Part shown: positions 37,572 to 48,309 of the stretch, piece after piece
How positions within the stretch are numbered: position 1 is the stretch's first letter
How the letters are laid out: the number at the start of each line of letters is the position of its first letter
Assembly: GCA_039591655.1 (NCBI GenBank)
Contig: JBDHDE010000012.1
Span: 1-59,756 of the forward strand
Length of the DNA: 59,756 bases
Reading direction: 5' to 3'
Source of the DNA: Gemmatimonadota bacterium
GTDB lineage: Bacteria > Gemmatimonadota > Gemmatimonadetes > Gemmatimonadales > GWC2-71-9
Position numbers and translations under genes: made by a program
The notes under the pieces: model-generated
Database searches by the model: none
Told to the model about the DNA's origin: nothing
The model's input: only the letters and a program-made list of their open reading frames with translations

Positions 37572-40062
37572 CCTCGTCGCCCTGCTCGCGTGCTCAATGT
37601 TGGGCGGCGGCTCGGCCGCGGCCCAACTCGCGCCGCCGTCCACCGGTGGGCTGCCGGAGCTGGACCGGCTGCTGCACCGCCTCGCGGTGCCGCACCGGGT
37701 GTTGGTGATAGGAGCCCATCCCGACGACGAGGATACCAGGCTCCTCTCCCTGCTGGTGCGCGGTGAAGGTGCCGCTGCCGCGTACCTGTCACTCTCCCGG
37801 GGTGAGGGCGGCCAGAACCTGATTGGCGGCGAGCTTGGCATCGCCCTCGGGCTGCTGCGCTCCCAGGAGCTGGTCACCGCCCGGACGCTGGACGGAGCCC
37901 GGCAGTTCTTCACCCGCGCCTACGATTTCGGCTACTCCCGGAGCCTCGAGGAGACGGCGCAGTTCTGGCTTCCCGACTCGGTGCTCAAGGACGTGGTCCG
38001 CGTGGTGCGTCGCTTCCGGCCCCACGTGCTCGTGTCGGTGTGGTCCGGCACTCCCCGGGACCGTCACGGTCAGCACCAGATCGCGGGTGTCGTCGCCCAC
38101 GAGGCCTTCGAGGCTGCCGCTGACCCCACCCGGTTCCCCGAGCTCGCTCGAGAGGAGGGACTGCGTCCCTGGCAGCCGCTGAAGCTCTACCGCTCGACGC
38201 GCTTCGACACCGCTGCCACCACACTCACCCTCGAGACAGGGGGGCTGGACCCGCTGACCGGTCGCTCATTCCAGCAGATAGCCATGGCCAGCCGCAGCCA
38301 GCACCGCTCTCAGGACATGGGGCGGCTCCAGCTCACGGGACCGGCCCGCACGAGCCTGCGCCTGGTCGAGGACCGAACGGGCAGGGACGGGCTGCCAGGG
38401 GGAGAGGGCCACATCTTCGATGGCCTGCCCGGCGACACCTCGTGGCTCGCACATCTGGCCGACTCACTGCGCCGCGCCATCTCCGCGGCGGCGCTGGAGC
38501 AGGCGGCGCCGCACCTGGCCGGTGCGCTCGGGCGGGCGCGGGCGGACCAACTAGGGGTGCGCCGCATCGACCTGCTGGAGCGGGCCCTCGGCGTAGCGGC
38601 GGGCCTGGTGGTGGACGGGACCGCGGCCGCGGTCGAGGTGGTCCCGGGAGCGAGCTTCGAGGTCGCTGTACAGTGCTACAACGCAGGGCGGAACGACGCC
38701 CGCGTCGAGCGCGTCTGGGTGGCGCCGCCGCCGGGCTGGCGCGTTGTCCCCCTCGACCCGGCACCGCCGGTCTTGGCGTCCGGTGCGGAGTTCACCCGCC
38801 GCTTCACCGTGACGGTGCCATTCGATGCCGCGCCCACGCAGCCCTACTTCCTGGAGCGTCCGTTGACCGGCGCGCTCTACGACTGGGGCTATGCGGTGTC
38901 CGAGATCCGAGGCCTTCCCTTCGCGCCGCCCCTGCTCCGGGCGGCGGTGGACCTCACGGTTCTCGACGCCCCGGTGAGCCTCGCAAGGGAAGTGAGCCAC
39001 CGGTCTCGTGACCAGGCGCTTGGGGAGATCCGGCAGCCGGTTCGTGTGGTCCCGGCAATCGAGGTGGTGCTGGAGCCCGAGCGCGTGGTGTGGTCGTCCG
39101 ACGGGCCTGCGGCACAGCACTTCAGCGTGACCATCGCCTACAAGGGAATGGAGCCTACCGCAGGACACGTATGGCTGGAGGCGGGTGGGTGGGCGATGCC
39201 CGAGCCGCAGCGCTTTCGCTTCCGTGGGCGCGGCGAGACCCAGACCTTCGAGTTCCTCGTCCGGCGGCCGGCGGACGTCGAGCGTGCGTCGGTGACCGTG
39301 TGGGCGGTTGCCGGGACCGAAGACGGGACGGAGTACGACCGTGGCCTCGCCCACGTCACCTATTCCCATGTGCGCCCCACTGCGTGGGTGCGTCCGGCTG
39401 CCGGCGAGGTGCGCCTCGCACCCATCGAGCTCCCGACACTCGAGGCCGTAGGATACGTGCGGGGGGCGGCCGACCGTGTCCCGGAAGCGCTGACGCAGGT
39501 CGGGCTCCCGGTCGTGCTGCTCGACGGCGAGGCGCTCGCCGGCGCCGATCTGTCGCGGTTCGACGCCATCGTGGTGGGAAGCAGGGCCTACGAGACCGAC
39601 TCGGCCCTGGTGCGGCACAACGCCCGGCTGCTGGACTACGTGCGCGACGGCGGCCTCCTCCTGGTGCAGTACCAGCAATACCAGTTCGTGCGGGGCGGAT
39701 TCGCTCCCTACGCAATCGACATTGCGTTCCCCCACGATCGGGTGACTGACGAGACCGCCGCGGTGACGCTGCTCGAGCCCGAGCATCCCGCCCTGACCCG
39801 TCCCAATCGCCTGGGGCCGGAGGACTGGAGGGAGTGGCCCCAGGAGCGGGGGCTCTACTTCGCCTCCCGGTGGGATGACGCGTTCCTACCACTCCTCCAG
39901 ATGGCGGATCCGGGCATGCCCGGACTCCAGGGGGGGCTGCTCATCGCCCGGTACGGCGGCGGCACGTACATCTACACGGGGCTCAGCTTCTTCCGCGCCC
40001 TGCCCGCCGGCGTGCCGGGGGCCTACCGGCTGTTCCTCAATCTCCTGGCCCTGAATGAGTAG
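37546..40062 (+). CDS. Large exported PIG-L/LmbE deacetylase with Ig-like middle and C-terminal glutamine-amidotransferase-like domain
   Basis: Signal peptide (AAA|Q), GAHPDDED, SRGEGGQN, HGQH, SRSQHRSQ, YTGLSFFR. The start is uncertain. Confidence 0.88.
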   Translation: MLWRAKRRSLVALLACSMLGGGSAAAQLAPPSTGGLPELDRLLHRLAVPHRVLVIGAHPDDEDTRLLSLLVRGEGAAAAYLSLSRGEGGQNLIGGELGIALGLLRSQELVTARTLDGARQFFTRAYDFGYSRSLEETAQFWLPDSVLKDVVRVVRRFRPHVLVSVWSGTPRDRHGQHQIAGVVAHEAFEAAADPTRFPELAREEGLRPWQPLKLYRSTRFDTAATTLTLETGGLDPLTGRSFQQIAMASRSQHRSQDMGRLQLTGPARTSLRLVEDRTGRDGLPGGEGHIFDGLPGDTSWLAHLADSLRRAISAAALEQAAPHLAGALGRARADQLGVRRIDLLERALGVAAGLVVDGTAAAVEVVPGASFEVAVQCYNAGRNDARVERVWVAPPPGWRVVPLDPAPPVLASGAEFTRRFTVTVPFDAAPTQPYFLERPLTGALYDWGYAVSEIRGLPFAPPLLRAAVDLTVLDAPVSLAREVSHRSRDQALGEIRQPVRVVPAIEVVLEPERVVWSSDGPAAQHFSVTIAYKGMEPTAGHVWLEAGGWAMPEPQRFRFRGRGETQTFEFLVRRPADVERASVTVWAVAGTEDGTEYDRGLAHVTYSHVRPTAWVRPAAGEVRLAPIELPTLEAVGYVRGAADRVPEALTQVGLPVVLLDGEALAGADLSRFDAIVVGSRAYETDSALVRHNARLLDYVRDGGLLLVQYQQYQFVRGGFAPYAIDIAFPHDRVTDETAAVTLLEPEHPALTRPNRLGPEDWREWPQERGLYFASRWDDAFLPLLQMADPGMPGLQGGLLIARYGGGTYIYTGLSFFRALPAGVPGAYRLFLNLLALNE

Positions 40063-41095
40063 GAGCGCGCCGCGCCTGCTCCTTGTGGTGATCCTCGTGG
40101 GCGTCGTCGCGGCATGCGGTGAGCGCCGCACGCCGCTGGTCGTATACTCGCCCCACGGGCGGGACCTGCTGCTGCTCTCCGAGACCACGTTCGAGGCGGC
40201 GAACCCCGACATCGACGTGCGGTGGTTGGACATGGGGTCGCAGGACGCGCTGGACCGGATCCGCTCCGAGCGGGCCAATCCGCAAGCCGACGTGTGGTTC
40301 GGCGGGCCCTCCACCCTGTTTCGGCGGGCGGCGGGAGACTCGCTACTGGCGGCGTATCGTCCCGACTGGGCCGGGGCGGTGCCACCCCGGGGACACGGAC
40401 CGGGAGACTTCTACTTCGCTGTGTACGAGACACCGGCGGTGATCGCCTACAACCGGGATGCGGTGTCGCCGGCGGCGCCGCCATCCGATTGGGAGGAGGT
40501 GCTGGATCCGCGGTGGACCGGTCGCGTCGTCATTCGGGATCCCCTCGCTTCCGGCACGATGCGCACGATTTTCGGGATGGTGATCGAGCGGGGCCTCACT
40601 CTGACGGGGGACACCGGCTGGGGGTTCGGTTGGCTGCGGCGGCTCGACGCGCAGACGAGAGAGTACGTGTTCAACCCCGCACTGCTGCATCAGAAGCTGT
40701 TGCGCCAGGAGGGCTGGCTGACCCTGTGGGACCTGCCCGACATCTTGGTGGAGCAGTCTAAGGGCAGTCCCTTCGACTACGTCCTGCCCGAGAGCGGGAC
40801 GCCCGTCATCGAGGACGCCATCGCGGTCGTGCGCGGCGCACGGCATCCGGAGGCGGCGCGTCGGTTCGTGGAATGGGCGGGATCGCCGGCGGCGCAGCTG
40901 TTGGCGGCCCGCGAGGCCTTCCGCCTGCCTGCCCGAGTCGATCTACCGTCAGATTCCCTCCCAGAGTGGGCCCGGTCGGTGAAGGCGGATCTCGTTGTTG
41001 CCGAGATCGACTGGGAGCTCCTGAGCGCTCGGGGCGCGGAATGGATGACCTACTGGGATCGCCACGTGCGCGGGCGCGGCGCTCCGGGCCGCTGA
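40055..41095 (+). CDS. ABC transporter solute-binding lipoprotein (Fe3+/AfuA-like cluster)
   Basis: Lipobox VAA|C, VVYSPHG, ERANPQADVWFGG, DPLASGT. Confidence 0.85.
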   Translation: MSRSAPRLLLVVILVGVVAACGERRTPLVVYSPHGRDLLLLSETTFEAANPDIDVRWLDMGSQDALDRIRSERANPQADVWFGGPSTLFRRAAGDSLLAAYRPDWAGAVPPRGHGPGDFYFAVYETPAVIAYNRDAVSPAAPPSDWEEVLDPRWTGRVVIRDPLASGTMRTIFGMVIERGLTLTGDTGWGFGWLRRLDAQTREYVFNPALLHQKLLRQEGWLTLWDLPDILVEQSKGSPFDYVLPESGTPVIEDAIAVVRGARHPEAARRFVEWAGSPAAQLLAAREAFRLPARVDLPSDSLPEWARSVKADLVVAEIDWELLSARGAEWMTYWDRHVRGRGAPGR

Positions 41096-42129
41096 TGACC
41101 CAGGCCTTACTTCGGCTCCACGGTCTCACCAAGCGCTTCGGAGGCCAGGCGGCAGTGGATCAGCTCACGCTCGACGTGCCGCAGGGTGGGGTGTTGGCCC
41201 TGCTCGGTCCCAGCGGCAGCGGCAAGACCACGACGCTCCGGCTCCTCGCCGGCTTCGAACACCCCGATGACGGCACCATCACGGTGGACGGAAAGGACGT
41301 CACGCATCTGGCGCCGGCCCGGCGGCGCTTCGGCATGGTGTTCCAGCACTACGCCCTGTTCCCCCACCTCACTGTAGCCGAGAACGTGGCGTTCGGCCTG
41401 GTGGGTCGGGAGGACGCCGGCGAACGGGAGCGCCGCGTATCCGAGATGCTCGCGCTGGTGGATCTCGACGGGTTCGGCGGCCGACCGGTGAGCGCGCTCT
41501 CGGGCGGGCAGCAGCAGCGCGTCGCCGTAGCCAGGGCCCTGGCGCCCGAGCCCCGTGTGCTGCTGCTCGACGAGCCGCTGTCCAACCTCGATCCCGGGCT
41601 GCGAGAGCGCACGCGGCGCGAGCTGCGAGCGGCGCTCGGCAAGATCGGCATCACCACGGTGTTCGTGACCCACGAGCAGGAAGAGGCTTTCGCCTTGGGC
41701 GACCGGGTTGCGGTGCTGAACCGGGGGCGGCTGGAGCAGGTGGGCACCGCAACAGAGCTGTACGAGCGCCCGGCCACCCTCTTCGTGGCCACCTTCGTTG
41801 GCCGCGCCAGCGTGCTGGGCGGTGTCGTGACGGCAGGCGATGGGGCCCGGCTCGACGCCGGGGTGGAGTGGCCCGTCGAGACCCCTGGCGCGTTGGCGGT
41901 GGGTGAGCGGGCTGCCGTCGTCGTGCGACCCGAGGCGGTGCGATTTGCAGAGGCCGGGCTCGGGGGGACGGTGACCGAGTGCCGCTACTTGGGGGCACGC
42001 GCCTTCTTCACGGTCGACGTGGGCGTCGGCACGGTCGAGGTGGAGGCGTCGGTCCGGGCCGCTCAGGTGGGGGCGACCGTGCACCTCGCCGTGGAGCGGG
42101 CGCTGGCGTTTCCGGAGGATGCCCCGTGA
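41095..42129 (+). CDS. ABC transporter ATP-binding protein (PotA/FbpC-like)
   Basis: GPSGSGKT, LSGGQQQR, LLLDEPLSNLD, C-terminal TOBE-like region. Confidence 0.92.
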   Translation: MTQALLRLHGLTKRFGGQAAVDQLTLDVPQGGVLALLGPSGSGKTTTLRLLAGFEHPDDGTITVDGKDVTHLAPARRRFGMVFQHYALFPHLTVAENVAFGLVGREDAGERERRVSEMLALVDLDGFGGRPVSALSGGQQQRVAVARALAPEPRVLLLDEPLSNLDPGLRERTRRELRAALGKIGITTVFVTHEQEEAFALGDRVAVLNRGRLEQVGTATELYERPATLFVATFVGRASVLGGVVTAGDGARLDAGVEWPVETPGALAVGERAAVVVRPEAVRFAEAGLGGTVTECRYLGARAFFTVDVGVGTVEVEASVRAAQVGATVHLAVERALAFPEDAP

Positions 42130-43760
42130 CCGGGCGGTACCGGGGGCTGCTGCTCACGCTGATCCTCGGGTGGGTCGTTGTATACCCGGTGGCCCTCGTG
42201 GTGCTGGACAGCGTGCAGGGCCCCGGTGGGTGGACGCTGGAGTACCTGGCGGCCTTTGCGAGAGAGCCGCGGGAGTGGGCGGCGCTGTGGGGGAGCCTCT
42301 GGATCTCGGTGGCCAGTGTGGCGCTGGCGGGGCTGATTGGTGTGCCCCTGGGCTTCGTGTTCGAGCGTCTCGAATTCCCGGGCCGGCGGGTGCTCGGTGC
42401 GCTGGTGGCCCTCCCCGCCGTGCTGCCCCCTCTCGTGGGTGTGATCGCGTTCCTGTTCCTGTACGGCGAGAGCGGTTTCGTCGCCCGTGCGATCATGCAG
42501 CTCTTCGGCCTCGACGAGTCGCCGTGGCGGCTGTATGGGGCCGGGGCGATCCTCCTGGTGCACGCGTACTCGATGTACGTGTACTTCTACCTCTTCACGC
42601 GGGCGGGCTTGGCCAAGATCGACGCCTCGATGATCGAGGCGGCGCACTCGCTGGGATGCGGAGCGTGGCGCACGTTGCGGCGGGTGACCCTGCCGCTCCT
42701 GCGGCCGCAGCTCGCGGCCGCCGCACTCCTCACCTTCATGACGGCGCTGGGATCGTTCAGCGCCCCCTACATCTTCGGCGGTGGCTTCCGCGTGATGACG
42801 ACGCAGATCGTTGCGAGCAAGTTGAACGGCGACCTGCCTATGGCCATGGCGGAGACCACGGCTCTCGCGCTGGTGGCCCTGGTGGGCTTGTTGGTGCTGC
42901 GTCGCCAGGGCGAGGCGCGGTCGGTCGTGGCAGTGGGGAAGGGCACGCCACCGTCGGCACGGGCGCTGTCCCAGCCCATTGCCCGGTGGGGCGCAACGGC
43001 CCTGGGATGGGTCTTCGGGATCCTACTGCTGCTCCCGCACGTCACACTAGTGGTGGTGTCGTTGGTGCCGCTCGGCACATGGACGACACAACTGGTGCCC
43101 CCGGCATACACGCTGGCGAACTATGGGACCCTCATGACCGAGCCCGAGCGCCTGCGGCCGTTGGTGAACTCGGTGTGGATGGCGAGTGCCGCCACGGTGG
43201 GCGCGCTTGCCGTCGCGCTCTGGGCGGGCCGGTTGGTGGTGCAGCGTCGCGTGCGGCTGCGTGGCGTGATCGAGACCCTCGTGTCGGTGCCCTGGGCGGT
43301 GCCCGGAACGGTGCTGGCCATCGCCCTAGCAACGGCGTTCTCCGTCCGCGCACCGTGGGTGGGCCGGTGGGTGCTCGTGGGGACGGTGGTGATCCTCCCG
43401 CTGGCGTATCTGGTCCGCAACATTCCGCTGGCGGCGGGCTCGGTCCTGGCGGGGTACCGCCAGCTGGACCCGTCGCTCGATGAGGCTGCGGCCTCACTCG
43501 GTGCGGGGCGCTGGCGCACCCTGCGCGCGGTCACGGTGCCGCTCCTCAGACCGGCCATCTTGGCCGGCGGGGCGCTGGCGTTTGCTACCGGGTTGGGTGA
43601 TTTCGTGACCTCCATCGTGCTGTACACCTACGAGACCCGACCCATCTCCATCGAGATCCTCTCGTCGCTGCGCGCCTTCGACATCGGTGCCGCCGCCGCG
43701 TATGGCGTGGTGCTGATGATGATCTCGGCGGGTGCCATGGTGGTGGGGACCAGGCGATGA
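42126..43760 (+). CDS. ABC transporter fused double permease (FbpB-like)
   Basis: Two EAA motifs (EAAHSLG, EAAASLGA) and about 12 TMs; GTG start. Confidence 0.9.
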   Translation: MTGRYRGLLLTLILGWVVVYPVALVVLDSVQGPGGWTLEYLAAFAREPREWAALWGSLWISVASVALAGLIGVPLGFVFERLEFPGRRVLGALVALPAVLPPLVGVIAFLFLYGESGFVARAIMQLFGLDESPWRLYGAGAILLVHAYSMYVYFYLFTRAGLAKIDASMIEAAHSLGCGAWRTLRRVTLPLLRPQLAAAALLTFMTALGSFSAPYIFGGGFRVMTTQIVASKLNGDLPMAMAETTALALVALVGLLVLRRQGEARSVVAVGKGTPPSARALSQPIARWGATALGWVFGILLLLPHVTLVVVSLVPLGTWTTQLVPPAYTLANYGTLMTEPERLRPLVNSVWMASAATVGALAVALWAGRLVVQRRVRLRGVIETLVSVPWAVPGTVLAIALATAFSVRAPWVGRWVLVGTVVILPLAYLVRNIPLAAGSVLAGYRQLDPSLDEAAASLGAGRWRTLRAVTVPLLRPAILAGGALAFATGLGDFVTSIVLYTYETRPISIEILSSLRAFDIGAAAAYGVVLMMISAGAMVVGTRR

Positions 43761-44953
43761 GACGCCTCGCGGTGCTCATGGCCACGGCCTTCGTGGACAT
43801 GCTGGGGTTCGCGATGGTGTTCCCGCTCCTGCCGTACTACGCCCTGCGGCTCCAGGCCGACGAATGGCTGATCGGATGGATGATCGCCTCCTTCTCGATC
43901 GCGCAGCTCGCCTCCGCGCCGCTCTGGGGACGGCTGTCCGACCACTTCGGGCGACGGGCATCGATCCTGGTGGGTCTCGGGACCTCCGCGGTGGCATTCG
44001 CCGTGTTCGGCTTCGCCGTGAGCATCTGGATGCTGTTCCTGTCGCGGCTGATCCAGGGGCTCGGCGGGGGGACGACCGGAGTGCTGCAGGCATACGTGGC
44101 CGATGTGACCGAGCCCAAGGACCGGGCCAAGGCGCTGGGTTGGCTCTCGGCTTCCACCGGGGCCGGGGTCATGATCGGTCCGGCCATAGGCTCCCTAGCA
44201 TTCAAGTTCGGGACCGAGGCGCCGGGACTCGTGGCGGCCGGCCTCTGTCTGGTGAACATCGTCTTCGCATGGCGCCTCCTGCCGGAGTCGCACAGCGGTC
44301 GCCGCCACCCCCAGGTAACCGAAGGAGGGACGCCGATCCCGGGGCGCTCTATCCGCTCGATGGTGATGGAAGTGCTGCACCACCCTGGGGGAGAGGTGCC
44401 GCAGCTGATCTGGATCTACGCCGTGGGGATGTTGGGCTTCATGTCGATGACCGGCGTGCTGGCCCTGTACCTAGCCAGTGACTTCGGAATCACCGAGGAG
44501 TCGATCTTCATCTTCTTCGTTTACGTGGGTGCCATCGGCGTGGTGATGCGCGCGGTGATGCTGGGCAAGCTGGTGGACTGGCTGGGGGAGGTGAAGCTCA
44601 TGCGGGTAGGGGCGGCGTGCCTCGCGCTGGGCCTCTTCGTGATCCCCCTCCCGAAGTCGGTGCTCACCCTGGGGCTCGTCCTGGGCCTGGTCCCCATCGG
44701 CACCGCATGCCTCTTTCCCGCGGTCTCGGCCCTGGTCACGCATCGTGCGGCGCGACACGAGCTGGGGCAGACCCTGGGCGTGCAGCAGGCCATCGGCGGG
44801 GTGGCCCGAGTGATCGCGCCGATCTGGGCCACGGCCGCGTTCCAGGGCTTCGGCACCGCCGTGCCGTTCTACATCTCGGGGCTGGTGGTCGCCGTGGTGA
44901 CGCTGCTGGCGTTCAAGGTCAAGCCGGCGGCCGTGGTGGCGGAAGCGGTGTAG
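43757..44953 (+). CDS. MFS transporter (TetA/DHA1-like)
   Basis: GRLSDHFGRR motif A, AYVAD, about 12 TMs. Confidence 0.9.
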   Translation: MRRLAVLMATAFVDMLGFAMVFPLLPYYALRLQADEWLIGWMIASFSIAQLASAPLWGRLSDHFGRRASILVGLGTSAVAFAVFGFAVSIWMLFLSRLIQGLGGGTTGVLQAYVADVTEPKDRAKALGWLSASTGAGVMIGPAIGSLAFKFGTEAPGLVAAGLCLVNIVFAWRLLPESHSGRRHPQVTEGGTPIPGRSIRSMVMEVLHHPGGEVPQLIWIYAVGMLGFMSMTGVLALYLASDFGITEESIFIFFVYVGAIGVVMRAVMLGKLVDWLGEVKLMRVGAACLALGLFVIPLPKSVLTLGLVLGLVPIGTACLFPAVSALVTHRAARHELGQTLGVQQAIGGVARVIAPIWATAAFQGFGTAVPFYISGLVVAVVTLLAFKVKPAAVVAEAV

Positions 44954-44969
44954 CGCTCGCGTCGCCCCC

Positions 44970-46658
44970 CTAGGTGCGCTCCCGGTCTTTCCGGTACACC
45001 ACCTGCCCGCCCAACACCGTCAGCAACACCTGCGTGTCCAGGATCCGCTCCGGCGCGATCTTCATGATGTCCTGGTCCAGCACCACGAAGTCGGCGTACT
45101 TGCCCGGCGTTAGAGAGCCTGCGACATCCTCCATGAACGCGGCGTACGCCGGCCACAGCGTCATGCTCTTGAGCGCCTCGTCGCGAGTGGTGCGCTGGTC
45201 GGGGAACCAGCCGCCAGCCGGCCACCCGTTGGCGTCTTGCCGGGTGATGAACGCCTTGAACGAGATCAGGGGGTTGGGTGACTCCACCGGGAAATCCGAC
45301 CCGTTGGGGATTACGACCCCGGTATTGAGCAGAGTGCGCCAGGCATACGCACCCTGGACCCGCGTCCACCCGAGCCGGTCGATGGCCCAGTACATGTCGC
45401 TGGTCTGATGGCTTCCCTGCATCGAGGGGATTACATCCAGCTCAGCGAACCGCGGAATGTCCTGGAAGTGGATGTTCTGGGCGTGCTCGATGCGGAAGCG
45501 GTGGTTCGCCACGGGCACTTCCTGGAGCGCAGCCTCGAAGGCGTCCAGGGTCAGGCGGTTCGCCGCGTCCCCGATGGCGTGCACGTTCACCTGGAAGCCG
45601 TTGCGCAGGGCGCGCTGCGCGATCTCCTGCACGCGCTCCGGTCCGGTGATCACCAGCCCGGTGTTGTGGGGATCGTCAGAGTACGGTTCGATCAACGCGG
45701 CGCCCCGGCTCCCCAGCGCACCGTCGGCCACCAGCTTGATGGCGCGAATCCACAGCCGCCCATCGTACAGTCCGTCCTGCGGCCCCTGTTCGAGATACTG
45801 ATCCAGGAACTCGTCGAGCACGCTGTCCACCGCCGCGACCATCACGTAGTTGCGCAGGTTGTAGCGGCCCTCCCGGGCCAGCGCCTCGTAGACGGCGATG
45901 GTGGTGTCGCTCACCCCGGCGTCATGCACGCCGGTGAGACCCCACTTGTTGGCCTCAGCGATCGCCGCGAGGACCGCTTCCCGCCGCTCGCGCTCGGACA
46001 ACGGAGGCATGACCGAGCTCACCGCCCGTCGGGCCAGATCGATCAGCACGCCGGTGGGGTTGCCGTCCGCGTCACGGATGAACCGCCCCCCGTCGGGGTC
46101 CACGGTGGCCGCCGTCACGCCGGCGAGCTCCAGCGCCTTCCGGTTCACCAGCACGGCGTGTCCGTCCACCCGCCAGAGGTAGACCGGATGGTCCGGCACG
46201 GCCTCGGAGAGAGCCTCGTGCGTGGGAAACTCGGTCACCGCCCAGTCGTTCTGGTCCCAGCCGCGGCCGCGGATCCACTCTCCCTCGGGGACATCGCGGG
46301 CCCGCTCCACGACACGCGCGATCACCTCTTCGTAGGAGCGCGTGCCCACGAGATCTATGATCCGCAGCGCGCGGCCCAGCCCCAGCAGGTGGACGTGCGC
46401 GTCCACCATTCCGGGGATCACGGTCTTCCCCTCCAGGTCTAGACGCCGAGTCTGCGGTCCGGCGAACACCTCCGCGCCGCGCGCGCTGCCGGCGAACACG
46501 ATCCGCCCATCGCTGATCGCCATGGCCTCGGCGAGGGGGCGGCCTTCGTCCACGGTGTAGATGTGGGCGTTGGTGACGATGAGGTCGGCCGGCGGCTGCT
46601 GCGCCCAGGCCGTCGACGACAGCATCAGTGGGATGACTACCAGGGTTGCACGTCTCAT
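44970..46658 (-). CDS. Exported amidohydrolase (amidohydrolase_3/YtcJ-like)
   Basis: Signal peptide (AWA|Q), DAHVH, DGALGSRGA, HAIGD, RIEHAQ, GSDFPVE. Confidence 0.9.
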   Translation of the reverse strand: MRRATLVVIPLMLSSTAWAQQPPADLIVTNAHIYTVDEGRPLAEAMAISDGRIVFAGSARGAEVFAGPQTRRLDLEGKTVIPGMVDAHVHLLGLGRALRIIDLVGTRSYEEVIARVVERARDVPEGEWIRGRGWDQNDWAVTEFPTHEALSEAVPDHPVYLWRVDGHAVLVNRKALELAGVTAATVDPDGGRFIRDADGNPTGVLIDLARRAVSSVMPPLSERERREAVLAAIAEANKWGLTGVHDAGVSDTTIAVYEALAREGRYNLRNYVMVAAVDSVLDEFLDQYLEQGPQDGLYDGRLWIRAIKLVADGALGSRGAALIEPYSDDPHNTGLVITGPERVQEIAQRALRNGFQVNVHAIGDAANRLTLDAFEAALQEVPVANHRFRIEHAQNIHFQDIPRFAELDVIPSMQGSHQTSDMYWAIDRLGWTRVQGAYAWRTLLNTGVVIPNGSDFPVESPNPLISFKAFITRQDANGWPAGGWFPDQRTTRDEALKSMTLWPAYAAFMEDVAGSLTPGKYADFVVLDQDIMKIAPERILDTQVLLTVLGGQVVYRKDRERT

Positions 46659-46823
46659 GCTCGTGTTGTCCTCAGAGAATGCGCTCTGCGGCGGTGTGGG
46701 AGGATGGGCTTCGCTGCGAGCGGGGTGATTGATGTCCGGAATCGGCTGGGCCACTCCCGGCCGCCACGGCAAGAAACTACGGCAGGGAGCGTGAAAGGGC
46801 GAGGGCCGAAGGGTGCCGTCGTT

Positions 46824-48308
46824 CTATGGTGCCGGCGTGCTACCTTCCCCCTCCCGCTCCATCGCTTCGCCTAGCTCCACGACCGTGTCCGCCGCCAGGC
46901 GCGCGTCGTCCGGCGTGCTCCGGAAGTTGATGATGCACGCTCGGAGATAGAACGACTCCTCCAGCGTGGTCCCGGAGATGAACAGCCGGCCGTCGCGATG
47001 AATCCGGTCGAGCAGTCGGCGGTTGAACTCGGATGGCTCGCCCGAGCCGGGGCGGTAGCGGAAGCAGCAGACGCTGAGATCGGTCGAAGGGACGAGCTCG
47101 AGCCGGGGGTGCGCGTCCGCCAGCCGGCGCAGCTCTGCAGCGACAGCGAGGTCGCGGCGCCACAGCTCCCGGTAGCCATGGAGCCCGATGTGTCGCATCA
47201 CCGCCCACACCTTCAGCGCGCGGAAGCCGCGGGAGAGCTGCGGCCCCCGCTCGTGGAACCAGACCGGCCCGTTGAAGTAATCTTCGTCGCCCACCTCGAG
47301 GTACTCCGCCCGGGTGGCGAACGCGCTCTCAAGATTGGCGAGCTCCCGCACCAGCACGGCACCAGCCTCGTACGGCACGTAGAGCCACTTGTGGGGGTCC
47401 ACCACCACGCTGTCGGCCCGTTCGAGCCCGCGGTAGCGGTCGGCCAACTCGGGCAGGGCGGCGCCGATGGCCCCGTACGCGCCGTCCACGTGGAACCACA
47501 GCCCCTCGCGGTCCGCCACGCCGGCGATCTCTTCGAGGGGGTCGACCGCCCCGGTGTTCACCGTCCCGGCCGTCGCCACCACACACACCGGGGTGGCACC
47601 CAGCTCGCGGTCCTCCGCGATCATGCGTGCCAGCGCGCCGGCGTCCATCCTCCGCTCGGCGTCCAGCGGCACCCAGCGCAGCGCCTGTGCGCCGAAACCG
47701 AGGAACTCAACTGCGCGCGTGATGCAGGAGTGGACCTCGCCGGATGCGTACACCAGCGGGCGCTCCTGCCGCCCGAGCATCCCCACTGCCCGCGTGCCCG
47801 GGAGCATCCGCTCCCGCATGGCGGAGAGCGCCACGAAGTTGGCGGCCGACCCACCGCTCATGAGCAACCCTCCCGCCTTCGGCTCGTACCCCACCAGCTC
47901 GGCCAGCCACCGCAGTACGGTGAGCTCCAGATGGGTGGCCACCTGAGCGCTGCCGGCGCAGTTGCTGTTCATGGTGGTGGCGAGCAGGTCGGTGGCGATC
48001 CCCAGCGGGCTCGCCGAGGCGCGCACGAACCCCCACCAGCGCGGGTGGCCGATGCCGAGGGAGTACGGCAGGATGTCGGAGTCGATGTCGGCGAGGATGC
48101 GCTCGGTGGGCTCCCCCTCCAGCGGAAGAGGAGCGCTGCACAGCCGCTCTGTGAGCTCGTCGGGCGGGCGCCTGAACGCGGGCCGCTCCGGCAGGGTACG
48201 GAGATACTGGACAGCCATACGGCTCACGCGTGCGATGGCGTGCTCGAAGGCCTCCGGAGAGAGATCGAGTGGGGAGGTATCGCCGGCAGAGCGCTGCGGC
48301 GCAGCCAT
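46824..48308 (-). CDS. Group II PLP-dependent decarboxylase (aromatic-L-amino-acid decarboxylase-like)
   Basis: SGGSAAN, ATAGTVNTGAVD, HVDGAYG, DPHKW, SRGFRALK. Confidence 0.9.
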   Translation of the reverse strand: MAAPQRSAGDTSPLDLSPEAFEHAIARVSRMAVQYLRTLPERPAFRRPPDELTERLCSAPLPLEGEPTERILADIDSDILPYSLGIGHPRWWGFVRASASPLGIATDLLATTMNSNCAGSAQVATHLELTVLRWLAELVGYEPKAGGLLMSGGSAANFVALSAMRERMLPGTRAVGMLGRQERPLVYASGEVHSCITRAVEFLGFGAQALRWVPLDAERRMDAGALARMIAEDRELGATPVCVVATAGTVNTGAVDPLEEIAGVADREGLWFHVDGAYGAIGAALPELADRYRGLERADSVVVDPHKWLYVPYEAGAVLVRELANLESAFATRAEYLEVGDEDYFNGPVWFHERGPQLSRGFRALKVWAVMRHIGLHGYRELWRRDLAVAAELRRLADAHPRLELVPSTDLSVCCFRYRPGSGEPSEFNRRLLDRIHRDGRLFISGTTLEESFYLRACIINFRSTPDDARLAADTVVELGEAMEREGEGSTPAP

Positions 48309-48309
48309 G

